DNA of 64,000 nucleotides from Anthoceros angustus (Eukaryota; Plantae; Anthocerotophyta): NCBI GenBank assembly GCA_010909165.1, contig VJWM01000126.1, positions 434,001 to 498,000 of the forward strand, read 5' to 3'. Shown piece by piece: positions 62,822 to 64,000 of this stretch (position 1 is its first letter; each line of letters starts with the position of its first letter). The notes under the pieces were generated by a model. It saw only the letters and a program-made list of their open reading frames with translations, ran no database searches and was not told where the DNA came from. The position numbers and the translations under genes were made by a program.

Positions 62822-63583
62822 GAAAATTTGATGCACCGCACATTTGGGTCGGGTCCTGCATCCAGTGCGCCCACAATCAAAGCTTGGGTGCATTTGTACG
62901 TAGTGCTTTTCAAACTGTACTATTATTCTAAAATTACATTATTCTCACATTCCTGATTCTGTGTTTGAGGGAAACAACAGCAACCCATCTTCAACTTACC
63001 AGCAGTGTTACCAGTTTTTTTGACGGAAACACTAGCAAATTGGCTTCAAGTAATTTACGGGCCTGTCCAGCGGTTCAAGCTTATTGAAAGAATGATAATG
63101 ACCCATCCAGCTTCACAAATGTTCCAAGTGTATCTCATCCTGCATTCGAGCTCGGGTATTCAGTAATGGACAAACAGAAGCCTCACATCCGCCCAACTGT
63201 GAGTTCACACAAGGCTGTAGGGCTGTACCTGACCGAAACCTGAAGACTTCAGTGAAGGCTCGGATCTTGTGTCGGGTGCTCAGGCACACTTCTTCTGATA
63301 ACTGCAACGACATGCTGAACAGGAAAAGATTTGTTAGCAGTCCCACCAAAGAAACTAATGCCTGAAGGCAAGAATACGAATCAAGCGTTGTTTGAGGTTA
63401 GGAGGTTGCGGAACTCATGTTAGAAGAACCGCCGTAATATGTATGTACTGAAAGCAGAGTGTTTCCGCTCCACATACGGTTGGTTACGGTTTCCGCACCT
63501 CCTGCTCCTTCCTGCAATATTAAATCCTCACGATCCAATCCAACTTTCAACGTCCGATTTGGGTTTAATTTGGGGTCCCCGAG

Positions 63584-63779
63584 TGGGGTGCGCCAGGCAA
63601 TGGAAGTAGTGCAAGCCCAAAGCGACGCTCGAGGAGCCGTGGTAGCAAGCTACCACTTGAGGCCTCGCCCCGAGAGAAATTAGATTAATATCATGTGGGT
63701 CGATGACCCACGTATCAGATATTAAACTGATAAGAACAGATACTACACTTGATCTTAGCCAAAAGGCCGAGAAAGGTAT
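63584..63779 (-). ncRNA. U2: U2 spliceosomal snRNA
   Basis: Reverse complement reads ATACCTTTCTCGGCCTTTTGGCTAAGATCAAGTGTAGTATCTGTTCTTATCAGTTTAATATCTGATA..., with branch-point pairing GTAGTA, stem IIb GTGGGTC-ATC-GACCCAC and loop IV TTGCACTAC; 196 nt. Confidence 0.97.
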
Positions 63780-63803
63780 ACCTCCCTCTCGCAGGTCAGG
63801 GTC

Positions 63804-63852
63804 TATATGGGCCAGAGGTGTTACGGTTTGTTCCCTACCGATATGGGGTAAT
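63804..63852 (-). promoter_or_regulatory. Plant snRNA promoter: USE-like TACCCCATATCG (63839-63850) and TATA-like element (~63804-63808)
   Basis: Resembles the plant USE consensus RTCCCACATCG, at about -60 to -71; TATA at about -25 to -29; ~30-bp spacing fits Pol II-type snRNA genes. Confidence 0.65.
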
Positions 63853-64000
63853 ACCCTATATGGTTATCGTTTCGTTTGACACTAGCTGGTCTTGAGGTCC
63901 TCTCAACGCTTTGCTTCTATGTTTTTCGTGGGTACCCAATAAGAAACCGTCTCCACTATCCTTCATCGCTAGTATGTAGTGGGCATCTGCTACATTTTGT

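Larger units (their letters stand above)
45526..62874 (+). repeat. Tandem segmental duplication: unit 1 45526-54171 (8646 bp), unit 2 54172-62874 (8703 bp)
   Basis: Junction AGTGCGCCCAC|TACCACGCAGAG joins the unit end (62864-62874) to the sequence starting at 45526; both units contain A' remnant, orphan ORF, MITE, RLK and expansin. Confidence 0.9.

Noticed and set aside
62980-63372. Exon-like minus-strand segments including the 78-aa ORF at 63113-63349
   Set aside because: No recognisable protein and no convincing spliced model.

Overview
Eukaryotic nuclear DNA from a plant, probably a non-seed land plant such as a hornwort (inference from ~50% GC, 70-110 nt introns and a plant-type U2 promoter). 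Host genes: the 3' exons of VPS53 (108-1653); three LRR receptor kinases with WAK-type non-RD kinase domains (minus strand); two 5'-incomplete beta-expansin-like genes; and a U2 snRNA. About 40 kb (7.1-46.8 kb) is a five-level transposon nest that can be ordered from target-site duplications (TSDs): Tat-like Gypsy remnant A contains long-LTR Gypsy B, which contains Copia C1 (TA...TA ends, TSD ACACC), which contains Copia C2 (TSD GATTC), which contains DNA transposon D (TSD CCAT). The most interesting item is D (16484-26404), a 9.9-kb element with terminal inverted repeats (TIRs). It carries a DUF7869/Sola-like transposase and, divergently, a ParB/Srx-like plus beta-class N6A/N4C DNA-methyltransferase-like gene, and its non-coding parts are studded with the palindrome GGCGCCGGCATGCCGGCGCC. 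C1 is also unusual: an extra ORF precedes gag, and an intron-containing antisense gene has its stop codon directly abutting the pol stop. B has a coding sequence inside its 3.7-kb LTRs. The right end is an ~8.7-kb tandem duplication. Caveat: repeats here are full of 1-3 nt deletions that look like long-read assembly error, so transposon proteins were reconstructed by eye across frameshifts and no database searches were run.
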